DNA of 61,636 nt, filler included, from Choristocarpus tenellus KU-1152 (Eukaryota; Protista; Phaeophyceae), in NCBI GenBank assembly GCA_964200185.2. It is 11 parts of 11 records of this genome, joined end to end, with 100 filler letters (N's around TTAATTAATTAA, not from the genome) between each part and the next. Parts side by side here need not be neighbours in the genome. Positions count along the whole stretch, not along the records: positions 21,188 to 27,578 come from CAXNAD020008237.1; positions 27,679 to 31,560 come from CAXNAD020017394.1; positions 31,661 to 34,935 come from CAXNAD020021106.1; positions 35,036 to 39,660 come from CAXNAD020013743.1; 7 more parts are not named here. The stretch is one strand, 5' to 3'. Made by a program: the position numbers and the translations under genes. Shown here one piece after another: positions 24,560 to 36,084 of this stretch. Position 1 is the stretch's first letter; each line of letters starts with the position of its first letter. Below the pieces are notes generated by a model, which was not told the DNA's origin, made no database searches, and saw only the letters and a list, made by a program, of their open reading frames with translations.

Positions 24560-25572
24560 GGTAGCTCTAGCACACCACCGGAGTCAGTGTGGAAAAGGGC
24601 AAATGCATGGGCCTCAACACAACCACTGGAGCTGGCATGCCAGATCCCCCCCCACAGAATTCAAACTCGCCGCCAGCAAATCCCTAGGGAGAGAGGAGGC
24701 CCTGCCAAGTAGGAACCCAGTGACTGGGTGCAGGAGGCAAAATGTCGACACCAGATATGCCCGTACCTGCCCAAGGGCAGGAGGTCAGGTACGACAACAC
24801 ACCCCTATGGTGAAACGTCTCTGCCAACTATGCAAGGGGATGGGTATCCCTTGCACTACAGAGGATGGTAGCCCCTTCACTGTTAACAGGAATTTCCGCA
24901 TGGATCTAGTCTTCCATGCAGGGCCACTCACAGAAGCAGAATCAGCCCCCTACCAGGACAAAGACCTTCTACTCGATGTTACGTTGGTGGAAGTACATGC
25001 ACCCTCCCATCTCCCACACTCGTCCACCAGCAATGGTGTAGCTAGTGCTGACACTGAAGCCCAAAGCGCACTATGAGGGCTCTTTGGAACCTCATAGTTA
25101 CAACCTCAACACCTTTGCGGTGGAAAGTTTTGGGCGCCTCGGAAAACAAGCAGAACGTTTCCTGGATGAGCTACCTACACATGTGGTAAGGGGGAGAGGG
25201 ACTGGAGGCTACAGCGGAAAAGGAGTCGTAAATCCCGCCTACGCCAGATAGTCTCAGTCACAACGCAAGTAGCCCTATCTAGACGGGCCATGCGTTTTAA
25301 GCTGGAGTCACCAGGGAGATGGGCAAGGAGGGGTTTGTTAGATTCTCGGGATGCTTCCCTAACTCCTCGTCCTGGGGTACAGGAATAGGTTAGAGACACA
25401 GGAAGGCAGTAGTACAACATAGATAGTAACAAAATAGAAAATAGGAAATAGATCAATAGTTTTCCCTTTTGTGACAACTGTTACTTCCTTAGGGTTTTTT
25501 CAGACATGTGAATAGTTCTCATCAGTTTTTCCCCTCGCATATCTACAAAGTGTGAGAGGGAATAATAATATA
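24560..25572 (+). mobile_element. CRE-like non-LTR retrotransposon 3' part (zinc knuckle + restriction-like endonuclease), frameshifted
   Basis: YARTCPRAGGQVRQH (CCHC remnant/RH), RMDLV…LLLDVT…E..K..HY…FAVESFGRLGKQAERFLDEL…RLRQIVSVTTQVALSRR is the PD-(D/E)xK RLE domain pattern. Putative 3' UTR ends in (AAT)n. Confidence 0.75.
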
Positions 25573-26076
25573 TTATTGGGTAATAGTTAATTACCCTGCC
25601 TCATTTGTCTTCTTTTGGGGGGGTGGTGGAGAACTCGGTGTAGTAAGTGAGAGAATTTTCATTGGTTTTTCCTTTGACACATCCACAAAATGTTAGAGGG
25701 TATAATAATAAAAATTAGTTCGCGTTGTGATGGGGGAAAAGAAGAAAGTAGGGTGAGTAGACAAAAGGTTAAACATTCATCCAAAGATCTGAAAATCAAG
25801 AAAGTTAATAGAATGGCTGGTGGAGAGGTGCAAGGAATAGGAAAAGAGTGGACAAAACAATAAGGACAGAGTGGAAGTTTGGGGAGAAGGATCAGAGGGA
25901 AGCCAGAATAAACGAGAGTACATAGGTTTTGGTCATTCTTAATCTTAATTTAGTTTTTCAATCTTTTTCCAATTCGCAATATTTCTATGGATGAAATTCC
26001 AAGATTGACTCGAGAGCTTTAATTTTCCTATTGTTCGGAACTTTTCGAGATAATTCAGCAAATATCCAATACAAAA

Positions 26077-27266
26077 AGGTGTACGTTTATAAGAGAGAGT
26101 TGGTACAAGGGAAAAACCCTCTCTTATATCCAGATCCTCTCTTGTTGTATATAAGAGATTTTTCTCTTAAACCGAGGGATTGTGATAAGAGAAATCTATG
26201 TTATATCGAACAACAGTGCTCATAGGCACCTTAACTTGTACCCGAACGACGACAGAGCGACGCCCTTGATGTATGTGCTTCCCATGTGCCTTCAAGAGTA
26301 GTTATATGTTGATGTATATTGAACATTACCCTTGGTGAGTCCATTTCCATGAAGCTGTGATGGTGCAGCAAGCACACATACACAGTATATCAGTGTCATA
26401 TGTATACAATACTCTAACTTTCGTAAATTGCACTCATTACGATGTATTCACTCATATGTGAAAGCATGCACAAGCTGTAGGATGGCTGGACAGACTACTC
26501 GCAGTTCAAATCAAATCAACTTCGTTCAAAGTCAATCTCCAGAGAAAGCAAATTTGACTTGGCTTAGCGCAATCGGGGCAAGGGCAATCAAACGAGCGGA
26601 CCTCCACAATTGTTTTAGCAGTCGCGATTTTTTTATTGGCGAATAAGTTGTTTTACTCTGTGCATGCGATAAAAGAGATGCACGGCGATGCAACTGCATT
26701 TGATCGACGGTGGCATTTTGATACTATACTGTATAATATCCTTGTAGAGTAGAATTGAATACGTAGGGCAGGGCATCGGAGGGAGATTGGCTTTGAATGT
26801 TGATTTGATTTGAACTATGAGTCGTCTGTCCAGCCATCAAACGGCTTGCGGATGCTTTTCTTGGGAAGGTGTACTATACATATGAGTTAATACATAATAA
26901 TGAGTGTAATATACCAAAGTTATAGTACTGTATATGGTACACTTTGTAGGGGTGGCGTAGATGTGGTGCTTGCTGCACCACCACAGCTTCATGGACGTGG
27001 GCTCACCGAGGGCAGTGTTCAATATATATCCACATTTATCTACTCTTCAAGGCAAATGGGAAGCACATACATCAAGGGTGTCGCTCTGTCGTCGTTCGGG
27101 GACAAGTATAAAGTGCCAACGACCACTATTGTTCGATGTAACTTTGATTTCTCTCATAACGATCCCTCGATTTAAGAGAAAAACGCTCTTATATAACAAT
27201 CAGAGAGGATCGGATATAAGAGAGGTTTTTTCGCTTTTCCCAACCCTCTCTTATATAGGTACACCC
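26077..27266. mobile_element. ~1.2-kb non-coding foldback element with ~470-bp terminal inverted repeats
   Basis: 26077-~26541 is a diverged reverse complement of ~26781-27266 (e.g. cccgaacgacgacagagcgac/gtcgctctgtcgtcgttcggg and gatggctggacagac/gtctgtccagccatc). No TSD is visible. Confidence 0.88.
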
Positions 27267-27578
27267 TCTCTAACCATAAAAAAATTATAGTAATAGTAAT
27301 AGTTGTAAGTAATAGTAATAATTTAATGGGGTTAGGGCTTATATAAATATTATATTAGTTTGACCTCTGACCTTTCACAGATTGTATGAGAAAACCAAAC
27401 CTTCATCACGACTACTGTAAAACAAAAAGTTAATGCAATAGGTTAACTTTCATAAAATATTACTACAGTACCTACCCCGATTTTATGCCAACTATTATGT
27501 ACCAAATCCCATTTTGTATCGCTTTTTTCGACGTGCTAAAAAAATATGATTTTGTACCGGAATTCTCGTATTCGGGCG

Positions 27579-27678
27579 NNNNNNNNNNNNNNNNNNNNNN
27601 NNNNNNNNNNNNNNNNNNNNNNTTAATTAATTAANNNNNNNNNNNNNNNNNNNNNNNNNNNNNNNNNNNNNNNNNNNN
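27579..27678. other. Artificial contig linker
   Basis: N44-TTAATTAATTAA-N44. Confidence 0.99.
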
Positions 27679-27789
27679 CGGGGCCCTTAAAGAGTGCCGC
27701 AACATTTACGAAAAAAAACATATGGGCACTTTCCTCGCACCATTTTGGGTCAAAGTCATCCTCCATAAAATGCTCCATCCTCAACTTTG
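27679..27789 (-). repeat. Dispersed repeat (copy of 8287-8403) at a contig edge
   Basis: cggggcccttaaagagtgccgcaacatttac…atgctccatcctcaa is the reverse complement of the 8.3-kb copy. Confidence 0.8.
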
Positions 27790-30700
27790 CCGAGAGGCTG
27801 TTCTTAAGCATTCAATTGCATGAGCGTCATTGATTTCCATGTAGTCGATTTAGTGGGGTATGGAAAAATCGTTCGGTTTCCCAAGCAGAAGTGTTTGTGA
27901 GAAAATCATTTCTTCCTACTTGATTCATTTTGTATGTCAAACCAAACCAAAAAAATACAGATTCAGAAAAAAAGGACTAATTCGTGGGCAGTATCATCAA
28001 TCACTTGCTAGTAGTATATGAATCGTTGGGAGCACTCCATAGTTATCATCAAATGGTTTTGGGCAACATCATACAAATTCCGCAAGCATCAAATTAGGCT
28101 GATGTCAAGAAAGATGTCAAGAAACAAACTGCTAAGTAGGTCGTTTTCACAAATGCAGTAACATTGAAAATAGGTTGTGTTAGTTATGATTGTAAGTGTT
28201 GATCAATTCGTTCAGGCATTATCTAAATAATTTGAAGAAGTATTTGTAGGGGTGAGGACACCCATGTGGACACCACCATGGGACACCCATCTGACTAGTG
28301 GTTTGGTGGTAGGTACTTTGTAACCAAAACATCATTATTGCACTAAAAGATGATGTTGACATGGTCAAATGCCCTCTGCCCCCGTTGTTGGAGTATCTTC
28401 AGTGTTTGCTCGAGCAGATGGGGAAACCGTATCAATTATCCATCTTCGTTCGTTGCCAAGAAGGGAAGTTGAAGTTGAAGTTAATCGTCTTCGATAGGAG
28501 GTGTTCCTTGTGATCAAAGAAAGGAAAAATCTGCCATGACCAGGATGGGGAGAGTGCATTCTTCAAGGGCCTGGATTGGATGCCTAGGGGTGATTTCAAA
28601 AAAATTGGAAGAGGAAGCCCAGTAGCGATGGCGGATCAAGTGTTGTATGGGTTACACAAAAGGTTACCCCAGGATGGGACCTTTGCGCATGTGCAATGCC
28701 TGAGGAAGGGAGTGACCAACCCTCGTACATAGAACTTCCTGGAGGTCACCAGGATAGAGCAGGCTGTCCATGGGGAAGTCACATTGCAGCCACTTTCATG
28801 GAAAAATTCGTCCATTATTACCAGGAGATACGGCCTGGGGACAAACCTCCCTAAGAACTACATGGGTGGATGGGGCATCCAAATATTTTGTTTTTTGTGC
28901 ATGGATTTTCTAAGTGTGAAGGAATGGACATCAACAAAAATCAGACAGCAAGTGTAACTACAATGAAGGATGAACATAAGAACACATCACACCCACTTTC
29001 ATGAAAAAATCGTTCATCACAAGTTAAGGTATGACAAAGTTAATCCTTGAAGTGATCGGTTCAACCTTAAAATAATAAGACAAATTCGACAAGACAGTAG
29101 AGTTGTGAACCAAGAGGATTTATGACTTCTAGTTGTAATAGATTCAGCTTACACTGGATAATAATCGTTTAAGTCATTGCCCACAGTGGGCGGTGGACAA
29201 GCAACGCAGCTGTGAGAAAATAGGCCTCTGGAGCGGTGAGGTGCACCACCAGAGGCCAACATCTTTGCGGGTAACATCGCACATGTGTATGCATGTGTCA
29301 TTGGGTACGATGAAAACAGGAGCTTTTGCACATAGATGACGGGGGGAATGTAGCAACCAAGAAATCGGTCCAAAAATGCTCATTAATCAGTTAATCACGA
29401 TTAATTGGATGCAGACGATTAGAATCCGTGTTAGTTTGCAACCCTGCACAACAGACTAAGATTGGTTCAATCCTCAGGTCATAAAGGAGAGTCAGACCAT
29501 AATAAATAATCCGGAGTAGATATTAGATAGATATGTGGGTTGACCCTCCGCTCTTCCTTCTTGTTATCGAATCAATCAATTTTCTTCGGGAGTGAGGGTG
29601 TGAGTGAGGTATGCTTTTTGGAATTTCGTGATCTAGAGCATTAGTAGCATGTTCTGAACAGGGCCCACTTTTATCATAGTATATGTTATCACTACTGTGA
29701 ATGCGTGAAGTCTCAATGATTCTCTATAAAGGGGGGCAATGACAATCACCAGACTGAACTCTTCCTCCACAGAGAGTGAGACTGAGTTTCACAGGTCTTA
29801 GCCCAGCATCTCAACGTCAGTTGAGGCAATTCAGAACAGAACAGAGACCTCAGTGTACAACAGATGCCACAGAATGACTGAGCAATGTCACAGCAGATAA
29901 ATGTACCAGTTAGAATCGGAATTAATCTTTGTTCTGACCGTCCTTCTGACTGGTCAAATCTGGATCTTGTGGGCTTGTCTGGTTTGTGGACTGTTCGATA
30001 TGGGCAAGTTGAATGAAGTGGTTAGTGCTTCCAAACGTTTATGAGTGCACACCATATCCACAAAAATGTGTATGAGAGATCCCAAGAAGAGTCTTTCTTG
30101 TCCCTTACACTACTACTGGGAAAATTTCGATGTACTAATCAACTGTGATTGAGATGTACACCCAGCGCTCAAATGTGAGCATGCCAATTGCCGAGCTACA
30201 TTTGTCGCTGCATGTAGTTTAAATTCACGCTACAAACATCCAATCGAAAATTGTCGTCCATTTTCGGTTTGATTTAAACGCAATACAATCGAATCATACA
30301 GCAATTCATAATGTCCTCACAATGGGCTTGAGGTGTGATCGAGAACACCACGACGAATGCGATGAGGATGGGTAGACAGCTTCAGGATGCAGCAGCAGCA
30401 TCAGAGTTTCCAAGGGATAACTTTGGCTTCAAAGACTACCGAGAGAAGATCTTGCAGTTAGTTGTGGAAATCCAGTTGTATACATTAAATCCATGTCATC
30501 CTAATCCTCTCCATGGGCCTTGGCAAGTTCTATAGACATGGGCTGGAATCAGCAGGGTTTCAGGGCACAAGCAAGGTGTGTGAGCTGATCTGCCTAAGCG
30601 CAGTTGAGTCAGACAGGGGAACAACTATTCCTCAGGATGATGAATGGCACCCACTGGAGGAAAGGCCGTGAGATCAGAGGGAGGTCAAGACGTGACTTTG

Positions 30701-30949
30701 TGATATCAACATGAAGGGAAGAGGGCACAAAGGTAAATGTCTGCGAGACAATCAACGATGAGGGGAGTACAACTTCAACTCCTGTGCCAATCATGCCTCT
30801 TCATGTGTCGCTAGAAACAGGAGTAAAGCAGTTGCGCAAACTAGCAGGCCAACAAGCATGTTGTGAGTCTTTGAGAAAGGTTTCATTTCCTACAAACTAT
30901 TCTTTATTGTGTCAAACATTGCGATACCACTGTTCCACCTGAGCAGGCA

Positions 30950-31120
30950 GTTATGACTGTAGAAGTATCTTGAAAATCTAAACCATTGATCTGATGAGTA
31001 TCTTCTCAAACCAGACGCACCTTGTACCTTTCAACCTCTCCAGACTTGTTAGTCTTACACTTGGGTATCAATTTGGTGGCTATTACCCTGAGTCTTACAA
31101 ACATCTGAAGAAAATGTTAA
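30950..31120 (-). mobile_element. Ty1/copia reverse transcriptase remnant
   Basis: Minus-strand translation RVIATKLIPKCKTNKSGEVERYKVRLV*EDTHQINGLDFQDT matches the start of RVT_2 (KW..K.K….GEVERYKARLVA.G..Q..G.DF.ET). Confidence 0.75.
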
Positions 31121-31560
31121 CAGCATTTTGAACACCAAAGGCTTTGAAGAAAATTCAAGGGGGTTAATATGGTTACCAGATCCAGTGTGGTGCTGCAGAG
31201 TCCTGTCATGGGTGTCTCCAGTGTCCATTTGCTGGAGTTTTCTTCGGCTTCTTCTGTTGTCAGTCTTCTCCTCACTGACCTTATCATCATTTTCCGTACC
31301 TCTTAATCTAGGGTGTATTGTCCTCACCACCAGCTGTATCCTTTGTGCTATTTATCATCCTCACCACCCCCCAGCTCCCGAACTGAAGGTGGAGTTGCCT
31401 CACCAACCCTCCAGCATGAATGAGGGGGGAATATGTAAATGGGTGATTGCTCCCCTCGGTTGTCCTCTCTCTCGAAACAGAAGAAGGGAGACAGGTGTTC
31501 GATTAGACTCGTCCAACTCTATCGGACAGTTACGGTAAAATATGTATGGAGTAATGGAAC

Positions 31561-31660
31561 NNNNNNNNNNNNNNNNNNNNNNNNNNNNNNNNNNNNNNNN
31601 NNNNTTAATTAATTAANNNNNNNNNNNNNNNNNNNNNNNNNNNNNNNNNNNNNNNNNNNN
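31561..31660. other. Artificial contig linker
   Basis: N44-TTAATTAATTAA-N44. Confidence 0.99.
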
Positions 31661-33249
31661 CGAAAATGTTACAGGCCGCGGTTTTTCCCCTTTCAACGTC
31701 CCCTCCGGGGGCTTCCCCCCCGCCCCCCCCCCCCCCCCAAACTTCGCCATGGGGGGCAAGGGCAACGGTTTCTGTCCCGCGGGAGTAGTAGCATCTGCAA
31801 ACAAAACAAAACAAAACAAAACCAAACCAAACCAAATCAAATCAAAATCAAATCAAATCAGGGCACAACCAACAAGCATAAATTTTTGTCGGTGTCAACA
31901 GAACAGAAACTACGACCAAAATTTTCAAAGAAGAAAAATATATGATGGTTACGATGATGATGATGATGGTGATGAAGACTCATTTTCTTTGGTTAATTCA
32001 TTAAAAAAAAAAATGTCAACAGCGGTACTTACATACATACACACACACATATATATTGGGGGTATACCTTTTAATATCATAATAATCCATCAAAATCCCT
32101 TCCGTATTTGGCCTTGGTGAGAATCTCCGATTCAACCTCAAAATCATCAGTTGGACCATTTTCCGGGTATATTTCAGAAGTAAGCTGCGCGTGTATGGAT
32201 GGATGTACCGATATCGATATAATAAAAATAATAAGATTATTATACCGGAAACCATAACGTACCGTTACATTCCTTAAAAAAAAATATATATATATATATA
32301 TTGGTGAACAATAACATACACAAATACATTTAAAAAAATTGTACTATGCCCTCCGGACGTTGGCATAAATGCATCCCATGGGAGGAATTAAAAAAAATAC
32401 AATTTAGAAAATAATAAAAAATACAATAGTTGGTTGCTTCCAATACAATTTTCTTCTTCTCAAAATACCTGCAATAGCTACCACCTCCAAAACACAGGTC
32501 TCTCACAGGATTTGTGCACTTTAATGTAACACATTATAATTTATATCTTCGGGAGGGGGGCACATACATACCATACCATTGGTTCATTTCATTCCAGAAC
32601 GTTTGATGGATTACACGCAGTGCATGGAGGGTGGGAGAGGAGGATGTTACACTACAACATCATGTTACCATCATTATTTGATTCAGGGCAGGGCACTGAA
32701 CTGTAAAATGGGCAACACAATAACATATGAACATATGTAAAACATACACTACTACTACTACTATTACTACACACACATGTACAAATATGCTTGGAGGTAT
32801 TAATAAATGTAGTCAAATTAATCACTGGGGTTAAAACATCCACGGCAGGGGGATGAAGTGTAACAATGACTGCATTTGTTCAAATGGGACAAGAGCATTC
32901 GTTTCATATTAAAAAACACATCACAACTCCCTGAGTCAGATCCACCAGCATCATATGCTGTGGGGAGGGTTGGGTTTGTTTGATATGAATAGGAGATGCA
33001 GGTTTCCATTAGTACCACTACTACTACTACCTTTATGTTAACCCTAACCCTAACCCTGACCCGTGGTCATAGGCACTACACACTTCACTACTCTTTGACA
33101 GGCACACTACTATTGCACTACAACTAATTTCCACACCTTCTGCAGGCGGAGGCGACGATGTTGTTGATACCAGCGGTTTACTTACGGTGGTACTCTGGTC
33201 TTCCTCTTCCTCCTCATCCTCCTCGATGAACAGATCGTCTAGCTGCAAG

Positions 33250-33286
<37 letters not shown>

Positions 33287-34613
33287 AAAATAAACGCACG
33301 TAGTCACACACGCACAAAATAATGCAATTTCATTTATTTTTTTGATCATATATATCTATACATTATTACCAACAGTGTAACATCACAAAAAGAGTAGACA
33401 AAACAAACACTGTCGGGTGTTCACCTCTACTACTACTACCAGTACTACCATTTATCATTACAACCATATTTATTATTATTAGTATTATCATTATTGAGTC
33501 CAAAGTATCTTGGAGGGTAGAGCCGTGTCCATTTGGGGGGCCAAAATCCAATGTTGCGATATTGAAGTAATTTTGGCTATTGTGTGTGTGTGTGTGTGTG
33601 TGTGTTTTTTTTTAAATTCGCAAATGCAAACATGCACAAGCACGTATCTGTGTGTCTACCTCTACTACGGTGTCTCAAGTTCACATACACATAAAAACGC
33701 CTGTGCAATATCCTCACATTTCGTTTGAACTCCATGAAACCCTCCAGATTGAGCCCTAGGCCCACCGCCCCGCCCTCGCTCCTGCTGTCCTCAGGCAGAA
33801 GAAGCGATGTCCACATCTGTTTGACCTCTTCCTCTTCTATCAAGTCCTCTTCCATCAGCTCCGTCACCCCCGACCAACTGCCTCCCCACCGAAAAGAAAA
33901 GAAAAGAAAAGAAAAGAAAAGAGAGGGATGTTTAAATTTTAAAAAAATTGAATGAAAAAAAAGGGTTACAATAAGAATGGTGTGGCATTTTTTGCATTTT
34001 TTCAACATGTAGGATATGAACTGGGAGGGCTAAAATCAAACCAATAGTAAGAAGGACAAACGTCCTTCTAAGAGCATAACAAAGTAACAACAATAATAAT
34101 AAAAATAATAGAAAAAGGGGCGGGGGGGGGGGATACTATCGACGAAAAAAATGATAAGACAATTAAAATATAAAGATTGAAAAAAAAAATATATTTTTCC
34201 CTCATTGAAAACAACAGTAAAAAAGAAGCTATCTGCATCCTTCTCAATAAAATAACAGTAGGAGGGGGGACGACATCGTCCTTGACCACTATGGCAGAGC
34301 AAGAGTTTCCTCAAATCAAGCGGGGATGAATCAAACAAAAAAAAAGATGAATCTTCTTCTCCATAAAATCACACCAAACAATACCAATAAAAAATGTAAC
34401 AGAAAAAATTCCGACGCAAAAATAATAACAATTAACAACAATAATAATAATAATAACACTAACAACAACATTGAGGCATATCCTTGACTACCATAGACAC
34501 CCCCCCCCAAACCCCCTCTGTACGTGTGTCTCACCCAATCAGGCCCTCCAGCGTCAACACCCCGCCTGTCCCAGCGACCATTGCTGAGAACTGATCCTCC
34601 AAGCTCTCCTCCC
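31661..34613 (-). CDS. Acidic EF-hand-like protein, partial (spliced)
   Basis: Exons 34535-34613, 33718-33877, 33137-33242 and 31661-31794 join in frame with GT-AG introns: EESLEDQFSAMVAGTGGVLTLEGLIG|WSGVTELMEEDLIEEEEVKQMW…LNLEGFMEFKRN|LDDLFIEEDEEEE…|DATTP. The EF-hand-like call is inferred from the helix-loop-helix pattern. Confidence 0.7.
33039..33062. repeat. Interstitial telomere-like (TAACCC)n
   Basis: taaccctaaccctaaccctgaccc inside an intron. Confidence 0.7.
33496..33582 (+). mobile_element. Truncated MITE (left end only), intronic
   Basis: gagtccaaagtatcttggagggtagagccgtgtccatttggggggccaaaatccaatg… matches the left part of the 15725 and 44601 copies. Confidence 0.8.
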
Positions 34614-34760
34614 CTGTACACCGAACGATTTGCAGCTCTACTTAAGTCACTATAGTGGAATGAGGTGGACCACTATCGGAAGATTCGAAATCTCTTACAC
34701 AGTCTTTTGAAGCTAAGGGTGTGGGGAGGTATCTACAACAGCGCTTGATGTGTATATATA

Positions 34761-34783
34761 CCTAACCCTAACCCTAACCCTAA
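34761..34783. repeat. Interstitial telomere-like (CCCTAA)n
   Basis: cctaaccctaaccctaaccctaa. Confidence 0.75.
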
Positions 34784-34935
34784 GCAGGATGATTTACCAC
34801 ACAATATACATGATTTTCTTTTTACCCTCAAAGCTCCTCTGGGGGGGGGGGGGGGGGGGATGCACACTGCCGTTGTGTTAGATAATAGGTTGTTTTTAAG
34901 ACAAAACACAAAAAAGTTTAAAAACTGTATTAGAA

Positions 34936-35035
34936 NNNNNNNNNNNNNNNNNNNNNNNNNNNNNNNNNNNNNNNNNNNNTTAATTAATTAANNNNNNNNN
35001 NNNNNNNNNNNNNNNNNNNNNNNNNNNNNNNNNNN
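34936..35035. other. Artificial contig linker
   Basis: N44-TTAATTAATTAA-N44. Confidence 0.99.
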
Positions 35036-35104
35036 CAAAAATCGCGACATTCAAAAATTGACCCCAAATGGACAGCCGCCACCCCCTCCCAGATACTTTG
35101 AGCC
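35036..35104. mobile_element. MITE terminus at a contig edge (same subfamily as 44227-44296)
   Basis: …ccccaaatggacagccgccaccccctcccagatactttgagcc is near-identical to 44227-44296. Confidence 0.8.
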
Positions 35105-35283
35105 TCGAGTATGTTAAAGTGGCTTGGAACAGCAATACAGATTACGTTTTCAAGAATCCATTTTTACTCTAATCGGAACAGAAATCCTTGCAGCGTTGTG
35201 TAAGTGTAACAGTATGGAAGCCTCTAGCACCGATACTCACATATTTTTCAAGAACGAATAAGCAAGCTTTCCCTCTGCCATGA

Positions 35284-36084
35284 ATGCATCTGCAGGATGA
35301 GAAAGTGGTCGGGTTCTTTGACAACATGACCCCGGAGTGGCGATTATTCTGGGCCATTGAGGCCGTTGGCATTAGCTTTGTCCTTGCTATAGGGGGGATC
35401 AATTTGACCGGGGAAACAGGAGCTATTACTGATGAGCAGCAGATGGAGTTGCAGTTCACAGGAAACCACTGGTATGTGTTCTACGTCAACCCTGTGGCCA
35501 CTACAGCTCTTGCGTGGGTAGGGAGTTCAATCTTGCAGCACCATCTGTCTGGGAGTTCATATAAGTGGATTAGTGACTGGATTAAGAAGGACTTGCAGTT
35601 GGCAGGTACTGTTTCCACATGTGTTGTTATTCAACTACTTACACGTATTGGGATCCTTCAGACTGTTGTTACGTTGATGATCACTTTCGCTGCATGGATA
35701 ATACTGAGGATATTTTGCACAGTCCTTACCTCAACGACTAGTCGCGAAGCAGAACTAATGCTTGCAGGATGGTTCGTCCACACATTGCTGGTGTTTTTTT
35801 ACGCAGAACTATTTGTTGTATTACCCAGCTCTGCATCTATAGCTCTGGGTGTGTTGTTTTGGGGGGGATACGGTTTGGCCCTTGTTTGCTACTTTGCAAG
35901 AACGGTATGTTCCAGTCAAGTCTCTTCAGTTGATGATATTGTAAATAATACCACCCGAAGGTCTTCTAGCTGGGTTGCCATTAGGAGAATGCTTTTTTGG
36001 ATGGTGGTGCTTGAGGTTTATGATATGGTAATAGTTTGGTCCAAAATCCTGATAGTGACCATTAGAGATAATGCGATCAAGTAA
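35284..36084 (+). CDS. Hypothetical multi-pass membrane protein (long exon or ORF)
   Basis: 266-aa open frame with about 6-7 hydrophobic segments (e.g. LFWAIEAVGISFVLAIGGI, IGILQTVVTLMITFAAWIIL, IALGVLFWGGYGLALVCYF). Possible acceptor CTGCAG at 35290-35295. No family recognised. Confidence 0.55.
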   Translation: MHLQDEKVVGFFDNMTPEWRLFWAIEAVGISFVLAIGGINLTGETGAITDEQQMELQFTGNHWYVFYVNPVATTALAWVGSSILQHHLSGSSYKWISDWIKKDLQLAGTVSTCVVIQLLTRIGILQTVVTLMITFAAWIILRIFCTVLTSTTSREAELMLAGWFVHTLLVFFYAELFVVLPSSASIALGVLFWGGYGLALVCYFARTVCSSQVSSVDDIVNNTTRRSSSWVAIRRMLFWMVVLEVYDMVIVWSKILIVTIRDNAIK

